This document shows, one piece after another, positions 11,236 through 24,798 of a stretch of 64,000 bases of DNA. Source of the DNA: the human T2T-CHM13v2.0 reference genome, Homo sapiens; assembly GCA_009914755.4 (NCBI GenBank), contig CP068257.2:19808001-19872000 (forward strand), written 5' to 3'. The position numbers and the translations under genes were made by a program. The notes below the pieces were generated by a model. The model made no database searches and was not told the origin of the DNA. It saw nothing but the letters and a program-made list of their open reading frames with translations. Numbering within the stretch: position 1 is the first letter of the stretch; each line of letters begins with the position of its first letter.

Positions 11236-13284
11236 AATTTATAATTTTAAAACAGTTAATGATATAAAGTATGAAGAAAAATGAAGCAGAGCAAGATGCT
11301 GTGTAAGTGGGGGTGGGAATGGGGACTAATTTTATAAAGAGGAGTCAGCAGGGTCTGTGATGTTTAAGCAGAGTCCCATATGAAGTGAGGGCATGATCAC
11401 ATAAATACCTAGGGAAGCCTAGCCTTGGCAGAGGTCAGTATGAAGGGCGTCCTGCCTGGAATGGCATGATCAGAGAGAGGAATTAAATGAAGTAGGAGTA
11501 GACAGATAGCCAAGCCAATGTCCCATGGGGCCTTACAGGCTATGGAGAAGACTTTGCATTTTATTCTTAATGTCATGGAACCTTATTGAAAATCTCGTAA
11601 GTAATTCTAGAAAGGAGTATAGGAGAGGTCATTTTTAAGTACTGACATTATTAAAAGGGATCATTTTGAGTAGGGAACAACCTTTCTCAAAATCTCCTTT
11701 ACCACATGAAGCAAAATTTTGGGGTTAGAAAAGTAAAAGTTACCTTCTGCCATATGTTTAGTAAAGATGAAGAATCCTTAGTGCATTGTATCACTTGATA
11801 TACATTTTCCTTCTTTTTCTACATTAAACAAATGATTCTTTGCTATTTTTGAAATTCTCATCTTTACTAGTTCTCAAAATATTGAAATTTAGTTTCCCCC
11901 TGTATTATTCTTGAATTAGTCCTTAGAATATAAGGCGATGTTTATAGTTAAGGTTTGTTTTTGTTTGTTTCTTTCTTCGGTATGGTGTTTTTATTCTTGA
12001 AATACAGAGGTCTACAATGACAATAGTTCAGCGTCCTATGAATGTTCTTTTTGAATTTTTAAACAGTATGATGAAGGTAAGTTATGATTTACCATGCCTA
12101 GGATTTCTAGTTACATATTGTGGAAATTAATTGATCTAACTTTGTAGAAATTTGACCACCTACCCTTTTCTAAATATATATATAGACACACACAGAGAAA
12201 TCATACTTTTCCTGTACTAATTACAAAACTCTAGAGTGATGTTAAATTTTTCATGCATTAAACAACTAAAGCCTACAGTGTGCCAAGGCACTGTTCAAGG
12301 AAGTGAGAATATAATCACAAAAATTCTTCCCTAATTCATATTAAATTGTATATATGGAGTGTGTATGTTTGTGTATACCCATTGGAAGTTTGTTTTATTC
12401 TGCCAACTGATCTAATTAGATAAACTTAGTCAATATATTTGAATCCCACATTCCAGCAGCTATTTTCTCCATTTGCTTTTATTGCTGTTTGTGGTGAGTT
12501 TGATATATAATTTTAAGGTGTTAACATCCCTAACTTATGTATGGGTACAGCTCATAAATACGAACCTGTGTCATGCAACTCATATATGACTGTGTTCAAA
12601 ATAATGTGTATTAGACTGTAAAACGATTTTAATATTTTAAATAACTTTCCTGCATTTGTCGGTTTCAGCAGGAAAGTTATTTTTAATAACTTCCCTGTAT
12701 TTGTTGGTTTCAGTATTAATTAATCTCATTAATGCTAAACTTTGTGATCCTAGGTTAAAAAACATATTCAAGATAGCTTCAGAATGTTTGGTATACAAGT
12801 AGGTCTGGCTAAATATAAGTGTTAGCTTTCTCAAGCATCTAAATGCTGGCGGGCTTTTAAAAAACCAGGGCTTTAAGGAGAAAACACCTGCTCTGTGGTT
12901 TTGTAGCAGATATGAAGTATTCAAATTTCTTAATAAATAGAAAAAGAAATATATAACAGAAACAGGTTGCACTTGTCTTTCTCATTAAGCAGGTGGTTAG
13001 TACCATTATTTGCATTCTCATAGCCTTAATATACATTTTCCTTCTCTAGATACAAGGGGAAATTATCACAAATTTGCCTAAGGATAGCAATTAGGATTAC
13101 TAATTTATTCTTCTTTGCATTTTATTAAGCTTTACCAAATACAAATGAATTTCATAAGGGAAGATTATATGTGTTTTTACGTCTACCATTATAAATTTGT
13201 ATGCCAAATAAGATCACATGGTTTCTTTCCCAAATTCTAACATAATCTTCCACTCAGAGTCCTTTTAAAAGGAAACCTATTGGC

Positions 13285-13306
13285 AAAAAAAAAAAAAAAA
13301 AAAAAA
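13285..13306. repeat. A22 homopolymer.
   Basis: A run of 22 A visible in the sequence. Confidence 0.95.
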
Positions 13307-14639
13307 GTTTAATTTGTCCTGTTTGATGACTCAATACAGCCAGGATATCCCAGATCAAAAGTTATTGGAATAATATGATTTCATCGTTTTTACATTTATA
13401 CCTACAATTATTTGTATTCACTGCAACTTTAATTTAGAAATACTCATTTTTTTGAGCTCTAAAATGCAAGGTTCAAGTGATTTTTTTTCCTTTTAATTTA
13501 GGAGGAGATCCAATAGAATAATTCAAATAAGCATTTTCAGGTTCTATGACATGCTCATAAGAAAATAAATTATTCATAGAAATGTTTATTCATAGAATTA
13601 CTGTCCTAATAATTTAACTTCTCCAGAAAACATGTTTTAAAATGCTATATATCAAAATAACGTGTAATCTTTCAAAATAGCATTAGAAAAATATAATGCA
13701 ATATTTTCCTGAAATATTTGAATTATTATTTAGGAATACAATTCTTGTCACAAATATTTAGTGATGTGAAAATCTCGGCAAACCATTCATATTAATTCAT
13801 TTAAAATATTTAAATAAATAACTTGAAAATGAAAAATTTGTGTTAAGCAACAACAAAGGACAGAAAGAAACATAAATGTTTCCAAATATCTAGAGAGATT
13901 AGAAGGTTTTTATGGCTTGAATTTCATTGAAAAATAACAAGCAATTTATTAGAATTAATGGAGATATCTGGGTTAACTATATAGAAGAATGGCTTAGCAA
14001 AGACAAATTTTAAATATTATTATGAATTTCTTCCCAATATAATATTAAAAATTCTTTCAAAATAAGAGAGAAAACTTTAAAAAAAGAAACAAAAACCTGC
14101 CTAGTGTTGCAATTGGTGCGTTGATCTCAAATCTTGTTCACATTCTAACAAGGCCTCTGGGCTTTCTGTGTGATTTGGTATGTTCCATAGTAGAGAATAC
14201 AAATGATATAGCAAGAACAGTTCATTCATCATTATTAGCAAATTTGACTGGGAATCTTGAATGGGATATATGAAATAAATAGGTTGATTTCATAGTTTAA
14301 GAAATGACAGAATATGCTGGCCAGAGTGTATAATAGTAACAAAGTGGCTGGTACATGCATCTTTACTACAAAAGGCCTAAGAATAAAATCTCTAATTAAC
14401 CAGAGAATCTGATTGACTTTATTCTGAATCTCTCTTCTCTGTATTTTTAGTGTGATTACAATTTGCTCCTGTGAACTATAAGGAAAATGCTGAATTGTAT
14501 TCATTTTATAGTGCTAGCAATTCATGAGGATAATCAGCATGGATTTACATTTTTTTAGTCTAATGAGAACTCAGAAACACGTAATTAAGTAAAATATTCT
14601 GAGAAAGACACTGTGTCCTCTAATAGTTTAAATTAAATT

Positions 14640-14730
14640 TTAAAAAGATCTTACACCATATGCAAAAATCAACTCAAAATAGATTAAAGACTTAAAGGTA
14701 AAACCTGAGCCCATAAATCTACTAGAAGAA
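14640..14730 (+). mobile_element. L1 ORF2 internal fragment.
   Basis: It translates to LTPYAKINSK(W)IKDLKVKPEPINLLEEN, matching L1 ORF2 '[30 protein letters not shown]'. Confidence 0.7.
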
Positions 14731-14764
14731 AATTTCTATAGAATGACTGTTTGGTACCCTCAAA

Positions 14765-15060
14765 ATTTATATATTGAAACCTAGTCCTCAATGTGATGGT
14801 ATTGGAGGTGGGGCTTTGAGAGGTATTAAATCCTAAGGGCAAAATGCTCATGAGTAGGATTGGTGCCCTTTTAAAAGATATTCCAGGGAGCGACCTAACT
14901 TCTACATCTATGTGAGGGTGGAATGAGAAGATGTCTATAAGCCAACAACCAGGCCCTCATCAGCTGTCGAATCTGCTTTCACCTAAACTTGGACTTCTCA
15001 GGCTCTGGAACTGTGAGAAATTTCTCTTGTTTATAAGCCACTTAGTCTAAGATATTCTCT
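14765..15060 (+). repeat. Ancient interspersed repeat copy with the motif ...tgtgatggtattggaggtggggctttgagaggt...cttggacttctcaggctctggaactgtgagaaatttctcttgtttataagcc.... It resembles the 3'-terminal region of old mammalian L1 (L1M) subfamilies, formerly called MER-type.
   Basis: Related copies occur at 16620-16810 and 63290-63540 in this window. The motif is very abundant in human DNA. The family name is from memory only and unverified. Confidence 0.4.
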
Positions 15061-15433
15061 TATAATTGTCTAAATGTAATAAGCCAGAAATGGGCACCAA
15101 AAAGTAGAGGTGCTGCTCTAACAAATACCTGAAAATGTAGAAGAGGGTTTAGAATTGGGTAATGGCTAGAAGCTGTAAGAGTTTTGCAGTACATGCTAGA
15201 AAGTGTTGGCATTGCCTCAAATAGACTATTAAGGGAAATTCTTGTGAGGGCCCACAAGGGAAAAAAGAGCTACATAGAAAGTCTCAGTATTCTTTGTGAA
15301 TACTTCTTTGTGAAGAGAATTCTGTTGATACAAATATAAACAGTAAAGGACGTTCTGATGAGGTCTCAGACAAAAATTATGACATGTGTTGGACAATGGA
15401 GGAAAGGGCATCATTGTTAAAAAGTGGCAAAGA

Positions 15434-15729
<296 letters not shown>

Positions 15730-16619
15730 GTGGTGAAGAACTCAGGTACACTATGTTAGTATGCTAGTGTTTTTGGTAAGTTACAACTTGTGTGTGATGG
15801 AATCAGATATTCGCCTGGAAATTTCTCAACAAAGTGTTGAAGAAGCAGTCTGATTTTTCCTGACTGCTTATATTAAAGGGCTAGAGAAATACATGATTTA
15901 AAGATAGAATTATTAATCAAAAAGGATGCAGAACTTTTTACCGTATCCATTTTGTAACAAATGAGAAAAACTGGGAAAGAACATTAAGGGTTTGGCCAGG
16001 AGGACATTTGATATAGAGATTGATTAGCATGGATCAGCCATCTCAGTCGAAGCTAGGAGTTAATTTTTCCAGACAATGGAGGAATGTCCATGAAGCAGAT
16101 ACAAAGATAATTAGAGCTGCCACTCCCATCACAGGATCAGGGTTCAGGTGCCTAGGAGACAGGAAGTTTCAAAGGAAGGTTTGAAGGTGCCTACAGGATC
16201 TCCTAGTGCCATCTCACATCGTGGGCTCTGCTCCTGTTACGCCAGCACTACGCCTCTCATTGTCCCAGCTGTGGCCCCACTGGGGCCTGGTCTCGGGTAG
16301 GACATGGTGGGTGCCCCTTCAGAGAACATAGGCAGCAAACTTTGGTCATGTTCCTGTGGAACCATCTCCACCAGGGCACAATGTGCCCCCAGGCCCTGGG
16401 AGCGTGGCTGCCTCCACGTGGATTTCAGAGGAAGGGCCTCTTAGCAGAGCTGCAGGCTCAGGTCCCTAGCTCTGGAGAGCCGCTGGGCCCCAGCAGAGAA
16501 CTGGTGTAGGAGTGGGGCTCAGGCACTGAGCACACTTAGGGGCAGTGTGGGAGTGGAGCAAATCAATGGGAGTGGAGCCTTCTTAGCCTTGGAAATGGTG
16601 CCTTTATTAGATAGACCTC

Positions 16620-16810
16620 AGAGAGCTGCTTTGCCCCTTCTGCAATGTGAGGAAAAAGTGACATATGTATAAACCAGGAAGCAGGCCGTCACCAGACACT
16701 GAACCTGCCAGCTCCTTGATCTTGGACTTCCCAGCCTCCAGAACTGCGACAAATAAAATTGTGTTGTTTATAAGCCTCCTAGTTTATGGTAATCTCTTTT
16801 AGCAGCCAGA
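16620..16810 (+). repeat. Second copy of the same ancient repeat family (...caccagacactgaacctgccagctccttgatcttggacttcccagcctccagaactgcgacaaataaaattgtgttgtttataagcctcctagtttatggtaatc...).
   Basis: It shares the ttggacttc.cagcctccagaactg...aaat....tgttgtttataagcc motif with 14765-15060 and 63290-63540. Confidence 0.4.
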
Positions 16811-16849
16811 ATGTACTAAGACAGAAATATAGGGAAAAGGCTTCTTGGC

Positions 16850-17455
16850 GTTGGTCTGCACAATGATTATTTTGCATATGACACCCAAAGCCTAGGCAAC
16901 AAAAGCAAAAATAAACAAGTGGGATTGCATCAAGATGAAAAACTTCCGCACATAAAAGGAAACAACCAACAGAGCGAAAGGGAATGTATAAAATAGGAGA
17001 TCATATTTGTCAGCCATATACCTGATAAGGGGTGAGTCTCCACAAATATATGAAAAATTCATACAACTCAATAGCACAAAACCAAATAACCCAATTAAAA
17101 CATAAGCAAAGGATCAGAATAGCTATTTCCCAAAAGGAGACATACACATGGCCAATAGGTATATGAAACGGTGCTCAGTATCACTAATCATCAGAGAAAT
17201 GAAATCAAACCACATTGAGATATCAACTCACACCTGTTGGGATGGCTTTTTTTTCAAAGAGAGAAAAGTTAAGTGTTCGCAAGCATGTAGAGAAACGGTA
17301 ACAGTGTACACTTGTACACTGTTAGGGAAAATAGTATGACATTTCTTAATTCAGCAGTCCCATATCTGGGTATATATTCTCAAGCGAAATGTGTACGTCT
17401 ATGTTCTTTGTAGCATTATTCACAAGAGCCAAGATTTGGAAACAACCTTAATGTC
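16850..17455 (+). mobile_element. Older L1 (L1PB/L1M-like) ORF2 C-terminal region and 3' end, followed by a (CA)n/TA-rich tail.
   Basis: The sequence is collinear with the L1 ORF2 C-terminus: ...yaaikknei..smkktsahkrkqptere..., ...ksilnkknkaggitlpdfklyyka..-like, and HMANRYMKRCSVSLIIREMKSNHIEISTHTCWDGFF (L1 '[37 protein letters not shown]'). Downstream comes '...iyskrnvyvyvlcsiihksqdletpkcpsvnew'. Confidence 0.75.
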
Positions 17456-17491
17456 TATCTGTGAATGAATGGTTAAAGAAAATATGTATAT

Positions 17492-17720
17492 ACACACACA
17501 CACACACATATGCCATATTTATAATATATATAATATATATACACACATATAATATTCCTGTATGCATACATATGTGTATAGAATGTTTATATATATTATA
17601 TATAATATTGTTTATATATTAGAATATAGGATATTGTTATATATTTATACATATGTATACATTTATATACATTATTTATATGTACACACATATGTATATA
17701 GACATAAAAAAGAATTGCTG
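17492..17720. repeat. (CA)n followed by a TA/TG-rich low-complexity tract.
   Basis: The sequence reads tacacacacacacacacat..., followed by atatatataatatatatacacacatat... and further TA/TG-rich units. Confidence 0.9.
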
Positions 17721-20700
17721 CATGATCTCACTTATATGTGGAATTTAAAAGAATCATACTCATAGAAGCAGTGAGTAAAATGGTGGTTGCCAGGAGTGAG
17801 AGATAAGGGAAGTGAAGAAATGTTGGTCAAGGGATACAAAATTTCAGTTATGCAAGATGAATGCATTCTAGAGAGATAATGTACCGCATTGTGACTATAA
17901 TTAATAATGCCATATTAATGATACATATGGATATGTGCTAAGTTAATAAGAAATGTAACTATAGTTAACAATACATATTAAAATGTACTAAGAGGCTACA
18001 TATTAAGTGTACAAATACAAACATATTAAAAAACTGGTAAATATGAGAATTGGTAGATATGTTTAATTAGCTTGAATTTATGGTGATTATTTCAGAGTGT
18101 ATGCATATATCAAAACATCAAGTTAAACCCCTTAAATATATATAATTTTATTGGTAAATTATCTCTCAATAAAGCTGGGAGAAAAGCATATACAGTAATA
18201 TCATTTTTCTTATTTATCATTTTTATTTTTGTTTGTATTGAATGTTTTATTGGGAGATAATACATTTTCCTTATAATTCGCGTTTATGAGGATTTTCATT
18301 TACTACAAAGTGCTCTCTGTACTCTAGTTTTATATTAATAGGTCAATATAAAGCTATGGGTCATACAAAGCTTTAACTTAAGCTAGAATCATGTTCAAAT
18401 CCAAACTCTGATGCTTAGTGGCTAGTTCATCTTTCTGAGCCTCCCTTTACTGGTGTAGGAAATGGAGAATGTAACCAAACTCTGTTAGTTCTGGTATTAA
18501 ATGAAATAGGATCAGACAGGACTTGAATAGTAGATTTTTCCCTAAAACAAACTTTAATTTGGAAAAGTAAAATTTGTTTTCAATGTTCAGCAACAAGAGC
18601 AGAGTGCATTTGTAATAAAGGATAACTACTATAGATTTAACAAGTGCTCTCATTGGGTCAGTTTTCTTTAAAAGTGGTGTTTCATTTGGTATAATTTTTA
18701 AAAACATAAATTCAAGCACTAACTGCTGAATTATTATTTTACATTTAAAATGTGTAGGCTATATGAGGGCTGAGGACAGTATTTATGGTATGTGATATGT
18801 GTCCTCACAAGATCCTTATAATAAAAAGATTCTCACAGTATAGTAGCCAAATACAATAATGAGGGTGTGATCAATAACTGAGAAAAATTATATAGAGATG
18901 TTATTAGGAGGTTAAATAGGTAAAATGGAGGTTAGAGTTTCCGTCAGCACAGAAGAGAGAAGAGCATTTAATTACAAAACCTTAACTCATCCCAGTTCAC
19001 CTGGCTAAAAAAAAAAATTAAAAAGTTTGTGGCAGAAAAAGAATTTGGCAGTATGGACATTTAGGGAAGTTAGCAATTTTGTGAGTGAAAAAATTTAGCA
19101 ATTTTCTGGTTATCTGACATCATGAAGATATTTTATGAATATTTTATAAAAACCTACGCATTTAGACTATAGAAGGAAATGTTTAGTAATTACACATTTG
19201 TGATATTTTACGTACTCAGTGGACCTTGAAAAAACGTCAGTTGAATTTTTCTTGCATAAATAATTTTACGTATACTAAGAAGTATTATATTTGAAATGAA
19301 AAATACTATAAATTGTTTATGAAACATATTTTGTTCAATGAAACTGTTATGTTTTTAAATTAATGTTTTTATATAAGGCAAAGTTTTTCTATTTAAATAG
19401 GAAGCCATCTGATTTTAAGGGTAATATGTACTTCCTGTATAAAATCTCGCAGCAATTAAACTCCAATTATTAAATTGTTTATTTTGAGTATAACTTATAC
19501 TCATGATGGAAAGTTACATAAGCAGTACAATAAATATGTTGTAAACATTTGGATGTGCTGAACTGTGATCTTAAAATAATGCCATCAACATATTGTTTTG
19601 ATGAAAGTCCTAGACAAATGACACATCATTATTAGATTAATTTTTCTTTCCACTGTTCATCAAAATATATATCCATATAAATGTTTTATTAACCAATAAT
19701 CTATCCATAAAAGTTATTTATACCAAAATATGTATGCATACAGGTAAAAGTATGATTCATAAAATATTTAAAGTACTGTTAAAAAAACTAAGATTATATT
19801 ATTAATATTATGCAAGTAATGAGAACTTCAAACACAATATAATTTGTGCAAAAATGTAAATTTCAGAAGTAAGTGAAAATATAATTGAACTGAGATGATT
19901 ACATACCTAAGCTTCTAAGGAAACTTAAAGGCAATTTCATTAATAATGGAATTCCCTCTGAAGTCATTCGTACGTGTGGAGCTGGCGTCAAAGTATTAAA
20001 ATGTTCTGCGTGTGTATAGAAACAGTAAAAAATTATTTTTATTTTGCCTGTTGCTAACTCCTGCAGAAGCCAGTCAGATAATTCTCTCAAAAATAGACCT
20101 GCTTTTGCTTCTTTTAATTGTTTACAGATCAAAAGCTTTTTTAAGTGAGAAACTTGAGGGACTTCACTGTGTTTTCAGATCTATCTGAGGGGATTAACAC
20201 CAAGTGTTATTTTGGATGATCAGTTTTACCCTTGCTAAGCTTTGTAATTTCTCATAGCTCTCTGAGTTGTTGCACAGTACTTGACAATATGAACAGTTCC
20301 ATTGGGGTTAAGTGATAAAGCAGTTCTACATCTGGGGAGACTGTAATTGCTTACGTTGAATAGGACAAAAACCCCATGAAGAGAGCCAGGGTTTGAGAAA
20401 GGAAAGAGAACATGAATAAAAATAATCTTACTTTAGAATTTTGCTGAGCTTAATTAGTTACCAAATATGTATTTAGTTGATGTCGTTGCTGCAATTGTTG
20501 TAAATATTCTATAGCCTCTACTTCTCTTGACAGCCAACAGGAAGTAATTTATAATGCATTATAGGAACAAAAAATTATTTTGTGTAGTTCCCTTTAATAA
20601 AGTCTGGTTCTCTAATAAAAAGAGAATAAACTTTCAAATTCAAATTTTTCTCTCTACTATGATCATTTCCAAACTTATAAAAAATGTAAAAAGATTTATA

Positions 20701-22555
20701 TTTTTCTGTCATTTTTAAGTTAAAGTGTTTTTAATGTATCTTGACTTTTTTGTCTTTTTTGCCTTTATAGACAGGTGATAAAGCGTTATTTCTAAAATTC
20801 AGTTATATATAAATGATGTAGAAATATTAGTGCAGGAAACTAGATTCTATAGAGAATTCATTTCTGTTGCCGCGTTAAAGAAAAATTCATGATTGTTTAT
20901 AATTTTTGGAAGAACCGTGTTAAGATTTGTAAATCGTGCTGACTAAATATAGCTCTAAAATACCTTAATTTATACTTTGTCCTTAAAAGCTTTTACTAGT
21001 TTGTAATCTAGATCTGCTTTCTCCTAATTCTGGAGTTTGAATTTCTAGTAAATTACAAGGCAAGAACCCATCCCACACTTCAGTTTAAGGTTCTGTTGTT
21101 CTGTTTGTATATGCAGATTTAGGGAAAGAAAGTCTCACATTAACTATCTTCATAATTTGAGGTACAACTCTATTATTGAGTACACAGCCTTTCATTTTCC
21201 AAGTGGTAGTTTTCTTTCAGTCCCTACCTTGGGTGTTCAGAAACTCTTGTTTGGTAAAATGCCAGTAAATTACAGATGATTTAATGTATATATCCTCTCA
21301 TTTAAGAAAGGCAAGTCAAATTACAGATCCAGGCTTTGCCTCCTCCAAATCTTTTCCCTCTCTCACTTTAATGTAGTCTCAATGTGTGGAGTTCTATTTC
21401 ACACAATAATCTTCATGTTCACGCAGTGTTAATAAGCCTCATAATAAGAGTTATTGTATCAAAACCTGCATTCACGAATCAAAAACAAACTGACTTCTTG
21501 TATATAAACTTTGCAAAACTTACATCAGTAGGTTTATTTTATACCTCTTCCCTATAATTTTAAAGGTTATCTATAAAACCTCTCTTTGGCCAGCTTTCAG
21601 TTTTCATGTTTTAGCCCAGGACTGTAATAACAGTTTAGCCATCGGTGTGCCCTCTTCGCTCCTTTCTTCTGCCAACTGATGTGAAACTCGGTCAGTACAT
21701 GGGTAAGCCTTGAATCTGAGAACAGAAACATGTGAGGAAACAGGGAAATTCCATTCTGAGTTGATACAGTGTAACTAAGGAAATACTTAGCCTTGGCAGA
21801 GGTAGTGGGGCATGCAAAACTCCTCATAGCGCCTGTGAAATGTTGAAGGAAGGGGATTGCTGACAATACAAGCCAGAAAGAGCTTTTGCCTGAAATACTC
21901 AGATAATTCAAGTAAGATCTGCACTTGATTTTTTTTTGCTGGGGTATGTGGGGTGAGTATCATCTTTATTGTTTAACCTAATTAATAACCTCAACTTTTC
22001 TCACAGTAGGTTTGCCCTGGTACTTTGGTAGCTCTGCTGTTATCAATTTTTAACCTACAAAGATGAAGAAATCATATCTAGAATAATGATCTCTACACTT
22101 CTGATTTATGTAGGATTTTATTTGCAATTGAAAGTGCATGTTTAAATTCTTTTGCTTCTCTTTTTGCCTTGTATTAAGAAATACAATTGAATATAAGCAT
22201 TGCCAGATGCCATCACCAACGCAGCCAAGTCACAGACTACTGAATGCTCTTAAAATGATGTTGCAGCTGCACCAGGATATCACAGAAATATGGAAAGGCA
22301 TACCATATATCAAAGTTGGCTGTTTTATAAAAGGGCGTTTATTCTTCAAGTCTTATTCCAAAACATGTTAGGCCTTAGGACAGCCAATATGATGTTATAG
22401 CACAGTCTGTGTTCTATTGCACTCTTTACCCTAATGAAGCATGACTAGATATAGCATGGGGCGTATGAGCCTAGCTCACCTTTGCTTTTGCTTTTAAAAA
22501 TATTCATTATCTGATTTAATTAATAAAATATTGTGATTTTTAAACTCTTGTTAAA

Positions 22556-22612
22556 GGAGTTCAAGACCAGCCTGAGCAACATAGTGAGACCACATCTCTA
22601 TTAAAACCAAAC
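22556..22612 (+). mobile_element. Alu left-monomer (FLAM-like) 3' fragment.
   Basis: It reads ggagttcaagaccagcctgagcaacatagtgagaccacatctctattaaaaccaaacaaaatgc. Confidence 0.6.
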
Positions 22613-23379
22613 AAAATGCTAAATAAATGCCTTGATTGTAAACATTGAGGAAAAGAATGGAACAAAAGGAAGCATCAAAACAAATTCATGTTATGCTGAC
22701 TTTCAGCAGAGGCTTTACATCTTAAAGACAGTAAAATTCCAATTTACTAGCATTTTAGCAACCTTGGTTAAATTTCCTCTTCTCATTCCATAATCTATAT
22801 AAACAACTCTTTATCTATGCACTCAGCTTCTCTTCAGTGTAACTATATACTTTTCTGGGGCTTAAATTATATACCATTAACTACCAGTTATCAAGTGGGT
22901 TTGGGTTTCCTGAAAAGTTTGCAGGTCATTACCCTGTCAGAAATCATTGAATTCAAGCCTTGGCTATGCCATTTATCCTTGCAGCTTCTAATCAGTAGGA
23001 TTTCTGTGCCAATCAATCTATTCCCAATTGGCCTCCCTTAAATCTGAAATAATGTATTATAATCTGAGGCTTCAATAAGGCAGTACACTCTAAAAAGCAA
23101 GTTCAGTTTTCTTATAAGGTTGAGAAATTGAGAAATACGAAAGTAAATTTTGCCATTTGGAAATTTAATTTTTTTTGTTGATTTTAGAACATCTGTACAG
23201 GATTAAGTAATGTCTGGTTGATATGTGTGTTGTGGCTATTAATATTTATCTGGTATTAAGTAATTTTTATATATTTTTTCTTTTAATTTTGGACACAGTA
23301 CATTCAACAATGTATTTTTTTCTTTTCTAGAATGTGATAATATAGATTAAATGATTACAATACAAAATGCTAAGCCAGA

Positions 23380-23512
23380 CCTAGTGGCCCACTCCTGAAA
23401 TCCAAGACTTTGGGAGGCTGAGGTGGGCAGTTTGCTTGAGCCCAAGAATTCAACACCAGCCTGAGCAACATAGTGAGACCCCATCTCTATAGAAAACAAA
23501 CAAAATGCTAAA
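23380..23512 (+). mobile_element. Alu left-monomer (FLAM-like) copy, paralogous to 22556-22612.
   Basis: It reads cctagtggcccactcctgaaatccaagactttgggaggctgaggtgggcagtttgcttgagcccaagaattcaacaccagcctgagcaacatagtgagaccccatctctatagaaaacaaacaaaatgc. Confidence 0.65.
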
Positions 23513-24678
23513 TAAATACCATGATCATAAATATTGAGGAAAAGAATGGAACGCAAGGAAGTATCACAACAAATTCATTAAGTATCCTCATATAATACAG
23601 AGAATATGTTATCTAGTAAATTATAATATAATCATTAGAAATAATATTAATAAATTATATTACAATGTTATTGCATGTATATCATTTCTGGTCATGGTTT
23701 ATGTAAAACTATAGTTCTGCAAAGATAATCTTAATTACCTATGATTTAATCTTTTATATCTCCTAATATTAATTGATTATGTGACTTGGAGTTACTGTGT
23801 AAACCAGACATAACTTCCTTTTGATTTTCATCAAGATATTGTTATATCCCCTAGCTGAGTTTCTGCTTTCTTTAGCAAAAGCATTTAAAGAAAGTGGCAA
23901 CTATAAAATTCTGGTGGCTCCATCAGATGAATTTTTGAAGATGTAATATTTTGAAATCTATAATTGCATCCAAAATTAACAAGGGTCAAATAACAAGGGT
24001 TGACATGACCCAGATATTTCTAGTAACCTTTATTTCCTTGTGCCTTTTCATATTCTTCCTTAGTGTCTTATTGAATCCAGGTCTGGTAGAGTATGTAAAT
24101 GAGAAGAAACTCAGAGTGAAAATACAAGTTATGAGTAGGCTTCAAACTAGAATTAAAACAACTTGATTTGATTTGAAATTGTAGAATAAACTATTTTTGC
24201 TGTATTTTCAACTTTGTCACACTTGTTTGACATGACTAAATCACCTGACATTGGAAGCCAATCTGCATATTAAATTCCATGATTCTATTAAATACTATAG
24301 AAATAATCTATGTAGAGTACTTCTACTTGAGACACATACAGAATATATGCATTTTAGCATCATTAACATCATTCTTGGTTTTTGGATATTAAAAAGATTT
24401 AACTTTCTACTTTGAGAATGTGTCACAAATGAAACGGGTAATTTTCTTTGAAAGTACGTGGCTTGGAAAGCTAAAATAGAGGTGAAGAAGAGAACTATTC
24501 ACAAATCAGTTTCTTCTTATATGACTTATCTATTTTTTAGGTATTTCATGGAAAGATTTCAGTGAAATTATTCACTCAGAATTGTAATAGTTTGATTTGT
24601 TTTCCTTATTAAAATGTGTCCAATTAGATATATATGTATATATATGTTTTATTTTGTTTTGTTTTGTTTTTCTTCTAG

Positions 24679-24798
24679 CAATGGTTGTTTTGAACAACCT
24701 GGAACCAAATACAACTTATGAAATCAGGGTTGCAGCTGTAAATGGAAAGGGACAAGGAGACTACAGTAAAATAGAAATCTTCCAAACATTACCAGTTC
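24679..24798 (+). CDS. NCAM2: Internal coding exon of 120 nt, C-terminal half of fibronectin-III domain 1 of NCAM2. Encodes (x)[39 protein letters not shown] plus 1 nt; phase-1 at both ends.
   Basis: A long polypyrimidine tract (ttttgttttgttttgtttttcttctag) and AG at 24677-24678 sit immediately upstream. The donor is GTAAGT at 24799-24804. The peptide has the fibronectin-III F-strand motif ([16 protein letters not shown]) and is paralogous to NCAM1 'ETTYAVRLAALNGKGLGE...FKTQPVQ'. The terminal c joins gt of the next exon to make Arg, giving ...LPVR-EPSPP. Confidence 0.85.

Noticed and set aside
12079-12088. Micro-exon-like 10-nt segment ttttaaacAG|TATGATGAAG|GTAAGTTatg with strong splice-site look-alikes.
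   Set aside because: It is 10 nt (frameshifting). It lies upstream of the first recognised exon with no partner exon. It is not conserved-looking (one CpG nearby) and most likely a chance splice-site pair.
16020-16620. Locally GC-rich (about 55-60%) 600-bp block in an otherwise AT-rich region, a possible CpG island or promoter.
   Set aside because: It has very few CpG dinucleotides (roughly 5 in 600 bp), so it is not a CpG island. It is contiguous with an ancient-repeat motif (16620-16810) and is more likely part of an old interspersed element or LTR. There is no TATA or initiator evidence.
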